A stretch of DNA of 64,000 nucleotides from Prorocentrum cordatum (Eukaryota). The notes beneath the pieces are model-generated. The model was given only the letters and a program-made list of their open reading frames with translations. It was not told the DNA's origin and did not search any database. Shown here piece by piece: positions 13,155 to 22,869 of this stretch (positions within the stretch are counted from its first letter, which is position 1; every line of letters begins with the position of its first letter). Made by a program: the position numbers and the translations under genes. The stretch is from assembly GCA_963575745.1 (NCBI GenBank), contig CAUYUJ010000221.1, forward strand, positions 1 through 64,000, in the 5' to 3' direction.

Positions 13155-13245
13155 ATGGTTGTGCGTCGCACGTGATTGCTTTGAGGTTCTTTAGATGTTG
13201 CAGCCCTCCAGCAGCCCCCCATATCGCTGCTGGGGCTCCAGCTTT
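13155..13245 (+). repeat. Split direct repeat A1
   Basis: 91 bp with 2 mismatches to A2 (18967-19057); contains the hairpin CCAGCAGC-loop-GCTGCTGG. Confidence 0.95.
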
Positions 13246-13254
13246 TCGGCGGGT

Positions 13255-13671
13255 ATGCGAGCCTACCCGACCAGCGCGATAGGCGCCGTGGTCACGTTCC
13301 TGGCCGGGTTCGTGGCGCACGACGTGCTGGGACCCGCGCTGGTGCACGAGGCGAGCGGCCTGCCTCCGCGCAGCGGTCCTGGCCACGAGCTGGAGGCCAG
13401 CTCGACGAGCAGCACCGGCACGAGCACCAGCACCGTGCTGGCTTGCTCGTGCCCGGCGCCGCCGGCGCCGAAGGAGCCCGAGCCGGCGCCGCTTCGAGTG
13501 GCGGGCTCGGGACCCGGCGCGACCGTGGAAGTGCCGCTTGCCGTGGTGCTGGGCGGCGGGGCGCTGGCGACGCTGGCCGCTGCTGCTGGCTGTTGGAGCC
13601 GAGTGGAGGATCACGCAGTGGCACGCAAGGTGCTCGAGCCGATAGGTGGAGCTCGGATCCACCTGGCCTAG
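13255..13671 (+). CDS. ORF0: 138-aa putative membrane protein of the retroelement
   Basis: ATG about 10 nt after A1 and stop about 10 nt before the gag ATG. It has a hydrophobic N-terminus (SAIGAVVTFLAGFVAHDVLG), an S/T/P-rich linker with CSC, and a second hydrophobic segment (VPLAVVLGGGALATLAAAAGCW). Confidence 0.6.
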   Translation: MRAYPTSAIGAVVTFLAGFVAHDVLGPALVHEASGLPPRSGPGHELEASSTSSTGTSTSTVLACSCPAPPAPKEPEPAPLRVAGSGPGATVEVPLAVVLGGGALATLAAAAGCWSRVEDHAVARKVLEPIGGARIHLA

Positions 13672-13681
13672 CTCGGTGACG

Positions 13682-15196
13682 ATGGCTGACAACAATACTT
13701 GCCCTGGGCTCAGGGTGTTGGTGACGTACAGTGACGACCCAGGCTGGACGCACGAACGAGTGTTATTGTGGCCTCACAATGAGGCTCGCACAAGCTGGCA
13801 GATCTACACGCCTGGCAACGATTTATACGCCGAGGACTTCGGCGACTACGCCTCGCTCATCCCGATGACGGGGCGGAGGCGGTACCCCCCGGGCGTCAGG
13901 AACGTGGTGGCGTTCAACAGGGAGCTGCAGGCGGCTGAGCTGGTCTTGCTCATCAAACGCGGTCGAGGCGAAGCCGTCCTCGAGCACGGGCCGCCAGCAA
14001 ACGGCTGGTGGGCTGACGCTGGCCAGGATTGGCTCGGAGGCAGGCTGGACATCCCCGCGCCGACGGCCGTGGAGGTCCCTCGCGTGCGGCGCCGCCTGCG
14101 CAAGAAGGGCGCGGAGGTGCAGACCGACCTCCCCGTGCTCGTTGATGGAAGCCCGCCGCCCCCGCCGCCGCCTTCGGAGCGGCCGCCAGGATCGTGGGTG
14201 CGTTGCTCGTTCGAGGACAGCGACTTCGGCCAGATGATACCCCTCTCAGCGGCTGCCATCCTGCGGGGCCGCTACGGGCTCGACAGGGATGAGATGGACG
14301 AGTGGCGGCTCATAGAGTATGTGGAGGACGATCAGGCCGACAGCTGGCGAGACGACAAGCTGATGGCGGCGGATCGGCAGCGACCTCCCCGAGGCGCCCT
14401 CGGGGATCGGCTCTTCGGCGGTGGCGGAGGCGGCACCGCAACGCCCCCTGCGGAGCCCACGGTTGCGGCCGGCGCAGCTGGCACTGGCGAGGAGCAGGCC
14501 GAGGATTTGCGCACGTGCTGGATCGATGTTGACGAGAAAGGCTCGAGGTTCAAGGAATGGCGCAAGGTGGTGCAGGAGAGCTCGCAAGAGGTGTTCTCGG
14601 ACTCAAGCCTGCGCGGGCCTCCTGCTTGCCTGGAGGTGTGCCGCAAGATGTATCGTCACGGCGGCACGCCCAAGATCTGGTTCCAGGAGTGGTGCAAGGA
14701 GACGGGGATCTCTCGACGGGATCGCGCATACCACGAGGTGCAGACACTCATCGAATGTTTGTACCTCACGGGCACCTACGACCAGGTGAACATGGGAGCG
14801 CTGGCGTCGCTGGAGGTGATCGCCCGCCGGCTGCTGCAGTATACGGAGGCGTACGCGCACGGCGCGGACCACGCGAACTGGGCGGCGGCGAAGCACCTGG
14901 CGGGGGCGACGAACCCGCTGGACGTGGTGCCCGAGGCGCCGCGGAGCTACGCCAGCCGGCTGAGTAAGGAGGAGCACGAGCTGGAGGCGTTGCGGGCGCG
15001 GGCAAAGACGCCTGCGGCCTCTCCGGCTGAGGGCGGTCGTGGCGCTGCGGCTGCCGCGGTGGACGCTGGCGGCTTGCCGCTCGGAGGCGGCGCTGGAGGT
15101 GACGGAGCTGGAGATGCTGCTGCTGCTGGCCGTGGGCGTGGCCGTGGCCGAGGCCGAGGCGGGCGGGGCCGTGGCGCCCGCCCGCCGGACTCATGA
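13682..15196 (+). CDS. Gag-like ORF1 (504 aa) of the YR retrotransposon
   Basis: Intact, non-repetitive ORF in the gag position, with globular-looking blocks (WTHERVLLWP..YTPGNDLYAED; RAYHEVQTL..YDQVNMGALASLEVIARRL) and a C-terminal GRGRGRGRGRGGRGRG RGG-type tail. Confidence 0.8.
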   Translation: MADNNTCPGLRVLVTYSDDPGWTHERVLLWPHNEARTSWQIYTPGNDLYAEDFGDYASLIPMTGRRRYPPGVRNVVAFNRELQAAELVLLIKRGRGEAVLEHGPPANGWWADAGQDWLGGRLDIPAPTAVEVPRVRRRLRKKGAEVQTDLPVLVDGSPPPPPPPSERPPGSWVRCSFEDSDFGQMIPLSAAAILRGRYGLDRDEMDEWRLIEYVEDDQADSWRDDKLMAADRQRPPRGALGDRLFGGGGGGTATPPAEPTVAAGAAGTGEEQAEDLRTCWIDVDEKGSRFKEWRKVVQESSQEVFSDSSLRGPPACLEVCRKMYRHGGTPKIWFQEWCKETGISRRDRAYHEVQTLIECLYLTGTYDQVNMGALASLEVIARRLLQYTEAYAHGADHANWAAAKHLAGATNPLDVVPEAPRSYASRLSKEEHELEALRARAKTPAASPAEGGRGAAAAAVDAGGLPLGGGAGGDGAGDAAAAGRGRGRGRGRGGRGRGARPPDS

Positions 15197-15199
15197 CGT

Positions 15200-16500
15200 C
15201 CTTGGCGGAGGGGGGCGCCCGACCGCTCCCTGCAGATCGAAGGGCACCAGTGGGCTTCGCGGCGCTTCCTTCCTGCCGCTGGCTCTCCTGAGCGAGCTGC
15301 CTCCCGAGTGGTGTGAGGGGCTCAGCGAGGCGCAGCGCCGGCGCTGGCTTCGGGGCGGCAGCGCTGCTTCCGAAAGCTTGAACTACTTGCGTGGAGGCAT
15401 CCACCGAGGCGGTCGGGCACCAGTGAGCTTGGCCAGCCAGATGAAGATGGATGCTATTTCGGCGGGCGTGCAGCAGCGCGTCTTCTCGGCGGCTCGCCAG
15501 TGGATAGACGTTGACAGCGCCGTCAGTGAGGGGGAGGTTCCTGCCGGGCTTCTTAAGGGCAAGGCGGGGTACGCCCCCCTTGGCTCGACCAGCATGGGCT
15601 CCTACGAGTACTCGCGGGTGAGCTTGCCAGACAGTGTCGTGGGCGCGCCGTCGCTGGCCACCATGCTTCCTGCGCAGGCAAGGCTAGACCTCGAGACATG
15701 ACTTTCATGGCTCTGGTTCGCCGCGAAGTGCTGTCCATCTTCCACTCGGTATATGCTTTTGTGGCGCAAAGCTACCACGCCTTCTCCGTGCTGTGGCCCA
15801 CCGTGCGCGATGAGTTGAACTGCTACCTGGGCATCATGGTGATGCTGGAGTCGAGCTGGACGAGGCCGTGGACGCCAGTGGTCTACTCCTCCGACGCCAG
15901 CCTGTACGGCTACGGCGTTGCGGAGGCCTGCTTCGGGACCGAGGCGGTGGCGGAGGTTGGCCGCGTTTCGGAGCTGGCGCGGTGGCGGCTGGGTGCTGGG
16001 CTGGCGAGGCAGCATGCCTTCGAGTGTGCCGGCTTCCTCTTGGACAGCGAGACCGGCGAGGTCGTCCGAGATGAGGCGGGAGTCCCGAAGCGGCTGGACG
16101 CCGAGCTCCAGCGCGTGCTGGCCAGTGAGCGCTGGGAGCTGGACCCGAGCTTCCCCGAGGTGCCCAGCTGGCTCCTGCACGACTCGCATTGGGCCACAGT
16201 CATGGCCGATCGGTTTCGCCGACGATATCCTTAGACTCGAGGCACGAGCGCTGGTGAAGGCTGCAGCTCGTGCCGCGCACTGCCAGCCTGTAAAAGAATG
16301 CTGCTCTCTTTTGTTAGGAGATAATCTCGCTGTCGTGTTGTGTTTTTGCAGGTTCAGGTCCAGGGATTTCCGGCTTCTAATTCAGGTCCGCCGTTTTGCT
16401 GCCCTGCGCCTTGCTAGAGACATTAAGTTTGTTGTTCGTTGGATTCCGTCTGAGTTCAGTTCTGGCGACGAGGGAAGTCGAAGGTTCGATCCAGCTTATG
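15200..16500 (+). pseudogene. pol remnant: N-terminal part fused out of frame to the post-RT/RNase H region; RT core deleted
   Basis: RNase H motifs VYSSDASLYGYG, ILRLEARAL, LLLGDNLAV and VRWIPSEFSSGDEGSR; frame breaks at about 15697 and 16210; no YxDD-type RT motif. Confidence 0.8.
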
Positions 16501-16879
16501 ATGCCCAGAAGTCCCTCGTTACCCATCTTGGCTCAAACTCGTTGTCACCCCAGGTTCTGGCGAGCCCTGTCGATGGTCCCGCGGTGGGGGCCCGTGGCAG
16601 GAGAGAGCAGTCGGCGGCTGACGCCGAGCCGACCTGCGGTGCCGACGCCAGCCGCCTCGCTCAAGACGGGCCGGAGGCGGACGCGGGCGCTGAGCAGCCC
16701 TGGTCGCCGACTGGAGTCAGGGGGGCCGCCGCTGGCGCAGAGGTCCCGCTCGCTGAATCAGAGCCGCGGGCTGGCCGCGAGGCTGGTGCTGGAGGGCGCT
16801 GCCCGACCGCCGCGGCAGAGCTCAGTAGCAGCTTGCTTGCGACTGAGCCCCGACGAGCCCCGCCTGGCCGACAAGGCCG

Positions 16880-18043
16880 TTGCAGGCCACGGGGTTTGCC
16901 GAGGTCGCGGCGGAGAGCGAGAGCGTCGAGAGCAGCGACGCCGAGGAGCCGCCGGCTGCTGCGCGCTCCCGAAGGCGCCTGCAGACGCGCGGGAAGGCGT
17001 TTATCAGGAAGGCGATCGAGGTGCTAGGGGCCGCAGAGTTGGGCAAGGACGACGTGAAGTTGGGCATCAGCTACCTCCGGAAGAGATCGGTGGGGGCAGG
17101 CACCTTGGAGACCGACCGCCAGTGCATGCTCGCATTCTGCGCTTGGGCCCGCTGCTGTCTCACGGCCCTGTCCGAGCTCGAGGAGCCGGGCGGCCAGCTG
17201 GTCGAATGCATGAACGAGGAGTTCTTGAAGGGCGTCAAGGCCTGGCGGGGCGAGAAGCTGCTCGCCGAGCTGCTGTTCTTCAGCCCGGACTTCGGCCGCC
17301 TGGGCGGGCTACATCTACCGAGATCACTGCGCTGCCTGAAAGGGTGGGGGAAGCTTTCGCCACCTCGATCTCGGAAGCCCTTGGTGTTCGCGATCTGGGA
17401 GGCGTTGGCAGTGGATCTCTGCCGCCTGGGGGCGCCTCTAGTAGGCGCGATGGTGCTGATCATGGTAGAGTGCTACCTTCGGCCAGGAGAGATGCTGAGC
17501 CTCACGAGCGACTCATTTCTGGCACCGACGGAGCATGCAGTGCGGAACTGGGTTGTATGGCTGTTTCCAGAGGCTGGGGTGGCTCGAAGCAAGGTGGGGT
17601 CAGCGGGCGATGCCATCCCTTGCGATTCAGGACGTTTGCCGTGGAAGTGTCACATCTTCAAGGCCTTGAAGGGTCGTCAGCCTTCCCGGCCCATCCTGGA
17701 CTTGAGCTACCCGCAGTTCTTGGCCCTCTTCCGGAGAGCGGTCACGAACATCGGAGCCGACGTCGTCCCATACCAAGGCCGGCGCAGCGGCGCATCGCTG
17801 GATCGGGCAACGGGACGGCGCTCTCTGGAAGAGGTGCAAAAAAAGGGGCGAGGGGCGGCGATGATTTCGATGAAGAGATACGAGAAGTCAGGACGACTGA
17901 ACGAGAACCTGGAGAAGCTGGGCGACGCCTCCAAGGCACACTGCGCCGCGGCGGCGAAGCTAGTGCAGGATGTGCTGCTGCTGGGACGGCCCGCGCTTGT
18001 GCCGCCGTTCGGCGGCCGCGAGGGTTCTCGCGGGCTCCGCTGA
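16880..18043 (+). CDS. Tyrosine recombinase (probably degenerate)
   Basis: Box I YLRPGE, SKVG lysine, and box II PYQGRRSGAS...EVQKKGRG...SMKRYEK with the catalytic Tyr. The usual RH and GRW positions appear as RR and GRG. True start unclear. Confidence 0.85.
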   Translation: MQATGFAEVAAESESVESSDAEEPPAAARSRRRLQTRGKAFIRKAIEVLGAAELGKDDVKLGISYLRKRSVGAGTLETDRQCMLAFCAWARCCLTALSELEEPGGQLVECMNEEFLKGVKAWRGEKLLAELLFFSPDFGRLGGLHLPRSLRCLKGWGKLSPPRSRKPLVFAIWEALAVDLCRLGAPLVGAMVLIMVECYLRPGEMLSLTSDSFLAPTEHAVRNWVVWLFPEAGVARSKVGSAGDAIPCDSGRLPWKCHIFKALKGRQPSRPILDLSYPQFLALFRRAVTNIGADVVPYQGRRSGASLDRATGRRSLEEVQKKGRGAAMISMKRYEKSGRLNENLEKLGDASKAHCAAAAKLVQDVLLLGRPALVPPFGGREGSRGLR

Positions 18044-18069
18044 GCTCGCAACTGGCCGCTGTTTCTGCG

Positions 18070-18762
18070 CCGTGTCTGCTGGATCTCTTTTCTGGTGGAG
18101 GCGGAGTCGGAGGCTTTGCCACGCGACTGGGTTTCAACTCAGTGTCGTTGGACCTGCGAAATGGGGGGGATCAGGACGTGTGCAGTGCCAATAATCTAGA
18201 TGCGATTCTCGTCCATTTTAGGGCTGGGCTCATCAAAGCAGTCATGTTGGCACCTCCTTGCTCTTCGTTCTCTCTGGCTCGCAACAGATATCCTGTCAGA
18301 AGCGCGCAATATCCAGAGGGCTTGCCATCCCTGCGTCCAACCGACCAGACTACGGTCAGCATAGGTAATCTCTGTAAGCGTGTGGCTGTGTACATCGTTC
18401 GGTTGTGCCATGTTTTCGGGGTGCCGTTCGCTTTGGAGAACCCTCAGACTTCGCACATGTGGCGATGCCAGGATATCATGAAACATCTTTTGAGTTGTAG
18501 CCAAACTCTGGATCTGCATCAGTGCGCTTTCGGATCCAGGTGGCGGAAAGCGACCAAGTTGGCTCTGGGATGTGTCACGGAGGCGGGGGACTTCGCCTTA
18601 ACCTACCCGGGAGCTCTGCGTTGCCGAGGCAAACACGGGTACTGTTCCTTCAGGCCTGGGCATGAACATGTCGTTTTGGAGGGAAAGGCTATGACTTTGA
18701 GGGCCGCTGCGTACCCCTTTCGCTTCGCTCGCTGGCTGTGCGCTGTTCTGCTCGACTTGTGA
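18070..18762 (+). CDS. C5 cytosine DNA methyltransferase domain (3' end of the 16396-18762 open frame)
   Basis: Motif I LDLFSGGGG, motif IV APPCSSFS (catalytic Cys), motif VI LENP, motif VIII-like QCAFGSRWRKAT, Cys/His cluster CRGKHGYC..GHEH and terminal AAAYP; no stops. Confidence 0.9.
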   Translation, partial: PCLLDLFSGGGGVGGFATRLGFNSVSLDLRNGGDQDVCSANNLDAILVHFRAGLIKAVMLAPPCSSFSLARNRYPVRSAQYPEGLPSLRPTDQTTVSIGNLCKRVAVYIVRLCHVFGVPFALENPQTSHMWRCQDIMKHLLSCSQTLDLHQCAFGSRWRKATKLALGCVTEAGDFALTYPGALRCRGKHGYCSFRPGHEHVVLEGKAMTLRAAAYPFRFARWLCAVLLDL

Positions 18763-18882
18763 ACAAAGGTGATCTGCATGTGGCAAACCATCTCTCATCA
18801 CATGCAGAGGTTGACGCCTTCCCCGACATGCTGTGAATGGTCTATACCGCTACGCTGAGAACTTCGGCTTTGCGAAAATGTT

Positions 18883-18967
18883 GGAGTGTGTTCGCCGTTT
18901 GCACGTCTCGATAACCTGGTCGCGACCATGTGGTATCAGAGTTCACCACGGAAAAAACGTCAGAGCA
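18883..18967 (+). repeat. Split direct repeat B1
   Basis: GGAGTGTGTTCGCC...CGTCAGAGCA; about 3 differences to B2; abuts A2. Confidence 0.95.
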
Positions 18968-19057
18968 TGGTTGTGCGTCGAACGTGATTGCTTTGAGGTT
19001 CTTTAGATGTTGCAGCCCTCCAGCAGCCCCCCATATCGCTGCTGGGGCTCAAGCTTT
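18967..19057 (+). repeat. Split direct repeat A2
   Basis: Copy of A1. Confidence 0.95.
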
Positions 19058-19133
19058 CCCACCCTCAGCCACCCTGGACCTGCCCTATATAGTGCACGCC
19101 CCTTTTAACCTTCTTCACTCCCTCCTCTCGTAA

Positions 19134-19219
19134 GGAGTGTGTTCGCCGTTTGCACGTCTCGATAACCTGGTCGCGACCATCATGGTATCAGAGTTCACCA
19201 CGGAAAAGACGTCAGAGCA
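19134..19219 (+). repeat. Split direct repeat B2 (element 3' end)
   Basis: Copy of B1; the satellite resumes immediately after it. Confidence 0.95.
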
Positions 19220-21088
19220 AAACAGTGATTTTGGCTTCTGCGGGTCTTCTTGGAGGTCCTCTTGGAGGGCTCTTGGGCCGTCTTGGTGGGTTCCTGGCAC
19301 GTCTGACGCCGTCGGGAGCCGTCTTGGGGCCTTTCTGGGCCGACTGGGGGCCTTCTGGGGGCGCTTCAGGGCCATATTGGAGGCCATCTTGGGCGTCTTG
19401 GAGGCCATCTTGGGCGTGTTGGAGGCCTCTTGGGCCGTCTTGGGGCCCTCTGCGGGCCGTCTTGGAGGCCACTTGGGCCGTCATGGGGCCCTCTTGGGGG
19501 GGCCTCCTGAGGCTGCCTGGGGCCTCCCGGGGCCTCCTGGGGCCTCAGAACTGCATGCACGCACAGAGACACAAATCACACCCAACACATCACACGCTAG
19601 ACAAACATAACACACACACAACACCTACAACGCACAGAAAACACGCACAACCCAGAGCACACATCACACATCACACATCACACATCACACATCACACATC
19701 ACACACACAACACTCACAATCCCGGGGCCTCATGTAGCCTCTTCTGGTATCCAAGTCGGGCCTCCTGAGGTTTCCTGGGGGGCCCTGGTACACACATCGC
19801 AAGGTGTGGCAACCCCACTTGCGCTCGAGTGCGACCTCGATCTTAGATTCTTCTGCGTTCACCTCCTGCCTTTTCCCCTTCTCTTAGGCACGCCCTGGCG
19901 GCGCCGCCCCAGCTTCCCCTTCTCCATATCTGACCCGCAGTCATGGTGTCTTCCTGCTTCAAACGCCCTTTCAGTTTTTTGTATGAGCCTGGGCACACAC
20001 GTGCCACTTGTGTACACATATATATATATTCATACACACGTGCATCACTTCTATATAGATATGTATGTATATATGTATGCAGAATCTTGTGTTTACGTTT
20101 CCAAGTTTGTGCACATACCGCAGACAATGGTACCATGTCGTGGTGATGAAACCCTGGGGAGCCACCGTGGAAACCCATTGACATCTAGGTATAGGGCCAA
20201 GTCAAGCAAGCACTGTTGGTTCGAACATGTTTCCCGACATCCGAGTCCTTAGGTGTATCCTGTGTCACGTAGACAAATAGGAAGAGGGATCAGATGAAGC
20301 ATTCGTTCAGAAGACGTTGCTCGGTTTCGGCATGTGGACCGTCGGCCATCACATGTATTTGTGACCCCTGCTTGCGCTTGCAGCAGATGCCTGAATCTGA
20401 CTCTTCGCAGACGGGGTTACCAGGCCTGGAAACACTTTCCTTTATTGAAGAGCCCCTGCAGGTACATTGCTTGTTTCGAGCGGTGTGCCCTTTATGTTCT
20501 TACCTTGGGTTTGCAATTCGAAGCATAAGCGTTAGAGTTCGCACAAAGTTGGTTTCGAATGGCCACACACCATAACAATCATATTTCCTTGTTCAACCGC
20601 ATTTGCTGTTATGACTGCTCTCGCGATGCTCAGATTTTCGTTCAGCTCCACATCGTGGCCTTGTACCTTGTGTTAAATTGGGCTCAATCCCTGTTGCCGC
20701 TTCGTGCCAGATGCGGCATTGTAGTGCATGTTTGTAGATGGGCGCGCTAGCTGCGGTCATAAGTCACCTGAGTCAGCACTGGGGAGCTGGAACCGATTCC
20801 TAACAGGACATGGGACTCGAGAAACATCAGTCACGCGAGCTGGGCTTAATCAAACTACAGCTTCGCTGGAAAATGCCCAGGTGTCTACTTTCTGGTAAGC
20901 TACGGGCAACAGAGACAAGTTACGACGTTGCATCCGCTTGGGCAATATTCTTCGAGCCGTTGGGGGGTCCTTGGCGAGTGAGATAGTTGCCCCTCCCCAA
21001 ACCCCGCCCTTGGGAGCCTTGTCTTGCCGTGTTTTGTTTGTTTGTTTGTTCTTGTTGTTGTTGTTGTTGCTGTTGCTGTTGCCGTTGC

Positions 21089-21127
<39 letters not shown>

Positions 21128-21459
21128 GGTGTGTGTATGAGGGGGTCCTTGCTGGATCCCTGGTGGACTCATGTGGCCCCTGGCAGTCTCATCTAGTTCT
21201 GAAAACCTCCGAGGCGGGCGCAACTCGTCCAAGACAGTTGCATGACGGTCCACAAGTGTTTTGGGACGGCCCAAGATACGTCCAATAAAGCCCCAGGTGG
21301 CTTCAACACAGCCCTGGGGGCTCCCAAGGCGGCTCAAGAGAGCCCAAGGAGGACCTCCAAGAGGGCGCTCAGAGGCACACAGAATTCCCCAATTTGGTTT
21401 TGCCCAAGGGGCTCCTATCTGTTTGTGACGAAATGATTGGGTTCGGCATCCTTCGTCAG

Positions 21460-21800
21460 AGGCGGTTCCCGGGTTTCTCGGTCTTGGGTTCCTGGTTCCT
21501 CGGTCTTGGATTCCTGTGGCCTTCCCCGGATTCTTCGGGCTTCCTCGAGCACTGCTGAGCATTGCCAAGCAACGCCAAGTGGAACGCCAAGCAATGCAAA
21601 GCCACTCCAATTGCCAAGCAATGCCAAGCAACGTCAAGCATTGCCAAGCAAATCCACGCAACGCATAGCAACGCCAAGCAATGCCAAGCTACTCCAAGCA
21701 AGGCCTAGCACAGCCAATCAAAGCCAAGCAATGCAAATCACTTACAAACAGCTCCAAGCAATGACAAACAATGCCAAACAACGCCAAGCAACGCCAATTA
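21460..21800 (+). repeat. Element with a 10-bp GCCAAGCAAY satellite
   Basis: Tandem GCCAAGCAAT/C units; an inverted related copy lies at about 63370-63630. Confidence 0.75.
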
Positions 21801-22144
21801 ATTCCAGGCAGTGCTTTGGATCGTTTTGAATTGCAGCGTATTGATCCGAATTGTGTTGACTTGCTTTGGAAGAAAGAAGACCCCTAGTTGGGGTCGCGCC
21901 AGGCTCACTTTTTTTTTAATGCTGTTCTACATATTTGATTTACTCGCCTTGCTGATCTTCAGGGTGTCCAAGGCAATCCAGAGTCCCACAAGGTCGCTGG
22001 AAGACGACCCCAACGCCCCCCCAAGAGGGCCCCCAAACGGACCAATAGGGCCACAGGATTGCCGAAACGGCCCGCCAGATTGTTCAAGAGACCCCCATAA
22101 GAGCCCCAACAGGAGCCCGAAATGGGACACTCGAAGTGGCCGTG

Positions 22145-22705
22145 AGGGATTCCCAGGGATTTCATCAGATTTTTCAGGATTCCTTTCGGTTCCCCAGGAC
22201 CTGCGGACTCCTTAGGATTCCTGAAGGCTCCTGAGGACCTGATGATTCCGAAGGTTTCCCCACTGTACCTCAGGATTCCCACGGATTCTTCAGGATTCCA
22301 TCGGATCCTTTTGGATCTTCATCGATTTTGTAGATCCCTGAGGATTACTGAAGGTTCTGAAAGGTTTAGGGGATTCTGGAGGATCCCTCATGCATCCTAA
22401 GGATCCCGAAGGATTCTTCAGGATTCCGACGGATTCCTCCGGGTTTAGAGCGATTTCTGAAGATTCCTTCGGATTCCTGCAGATTCTGAGGATTCGTTGG
22501 AATTGCTCGGGTTGCCTACGGATCCTTGAGGATTCGCAAGGATCCCCAGGGATGGGAGTTCTAATGATTCCTACGGACGCGTAAGGATTCATACGGATTT
22601 CCAGGATGCCCAAGCATTCCTGAATATCCCCTGGGATCACACGGAGTGCCTGCGAAGTTCCTGGGATTCCTAGGGCTCTTCCTGTGGATCCCGAAAGGTT
22701 CTCGG
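22145..22705 (+). repeat. Degenerate 9-10-bp GGATTCC satellite
   Basis: Periodic GGATTCC/GGATCC motifs. Confidence 0.75.
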
Positions 22706-22869
22706 AGTCGCAGAGCAGGGCCGAGGCCGAGCCCGCACTTCCAGCGGCGGCTCCTCGCGGCCGCCTGGCATGTCTGAGGTTGGTCGTTTGAGGTCGGTCC
22801 CGGGGGTACCTCGAGAGGTTGGACGTTTGATCATCGAGAACGAGAGGACCCCTGACCCTAACAACGCAG

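Larger units (their letters stand above)
13155..19219 (+). mobile_element. Tyrosine-recombinase retrotransposon (DIRS order, PAT/Ngaro-like split direct repeats) carrying a C5 DNA methyltransferase; non-autonomous because RT is deleted
   Basis: A1-[ORF0, gag-like, pol remnant with RNase H, YR, DNMT]-B1-A2-spacer-B2 architecture; no TSD; interrupts a satellite unit. Confidence 0.92.

Noticed and set aside
19800..20950. Unique lower-GC segment, possibly a decayed transposon
   Set aside because: No interpretable ORF or terminal structure was found by eye.
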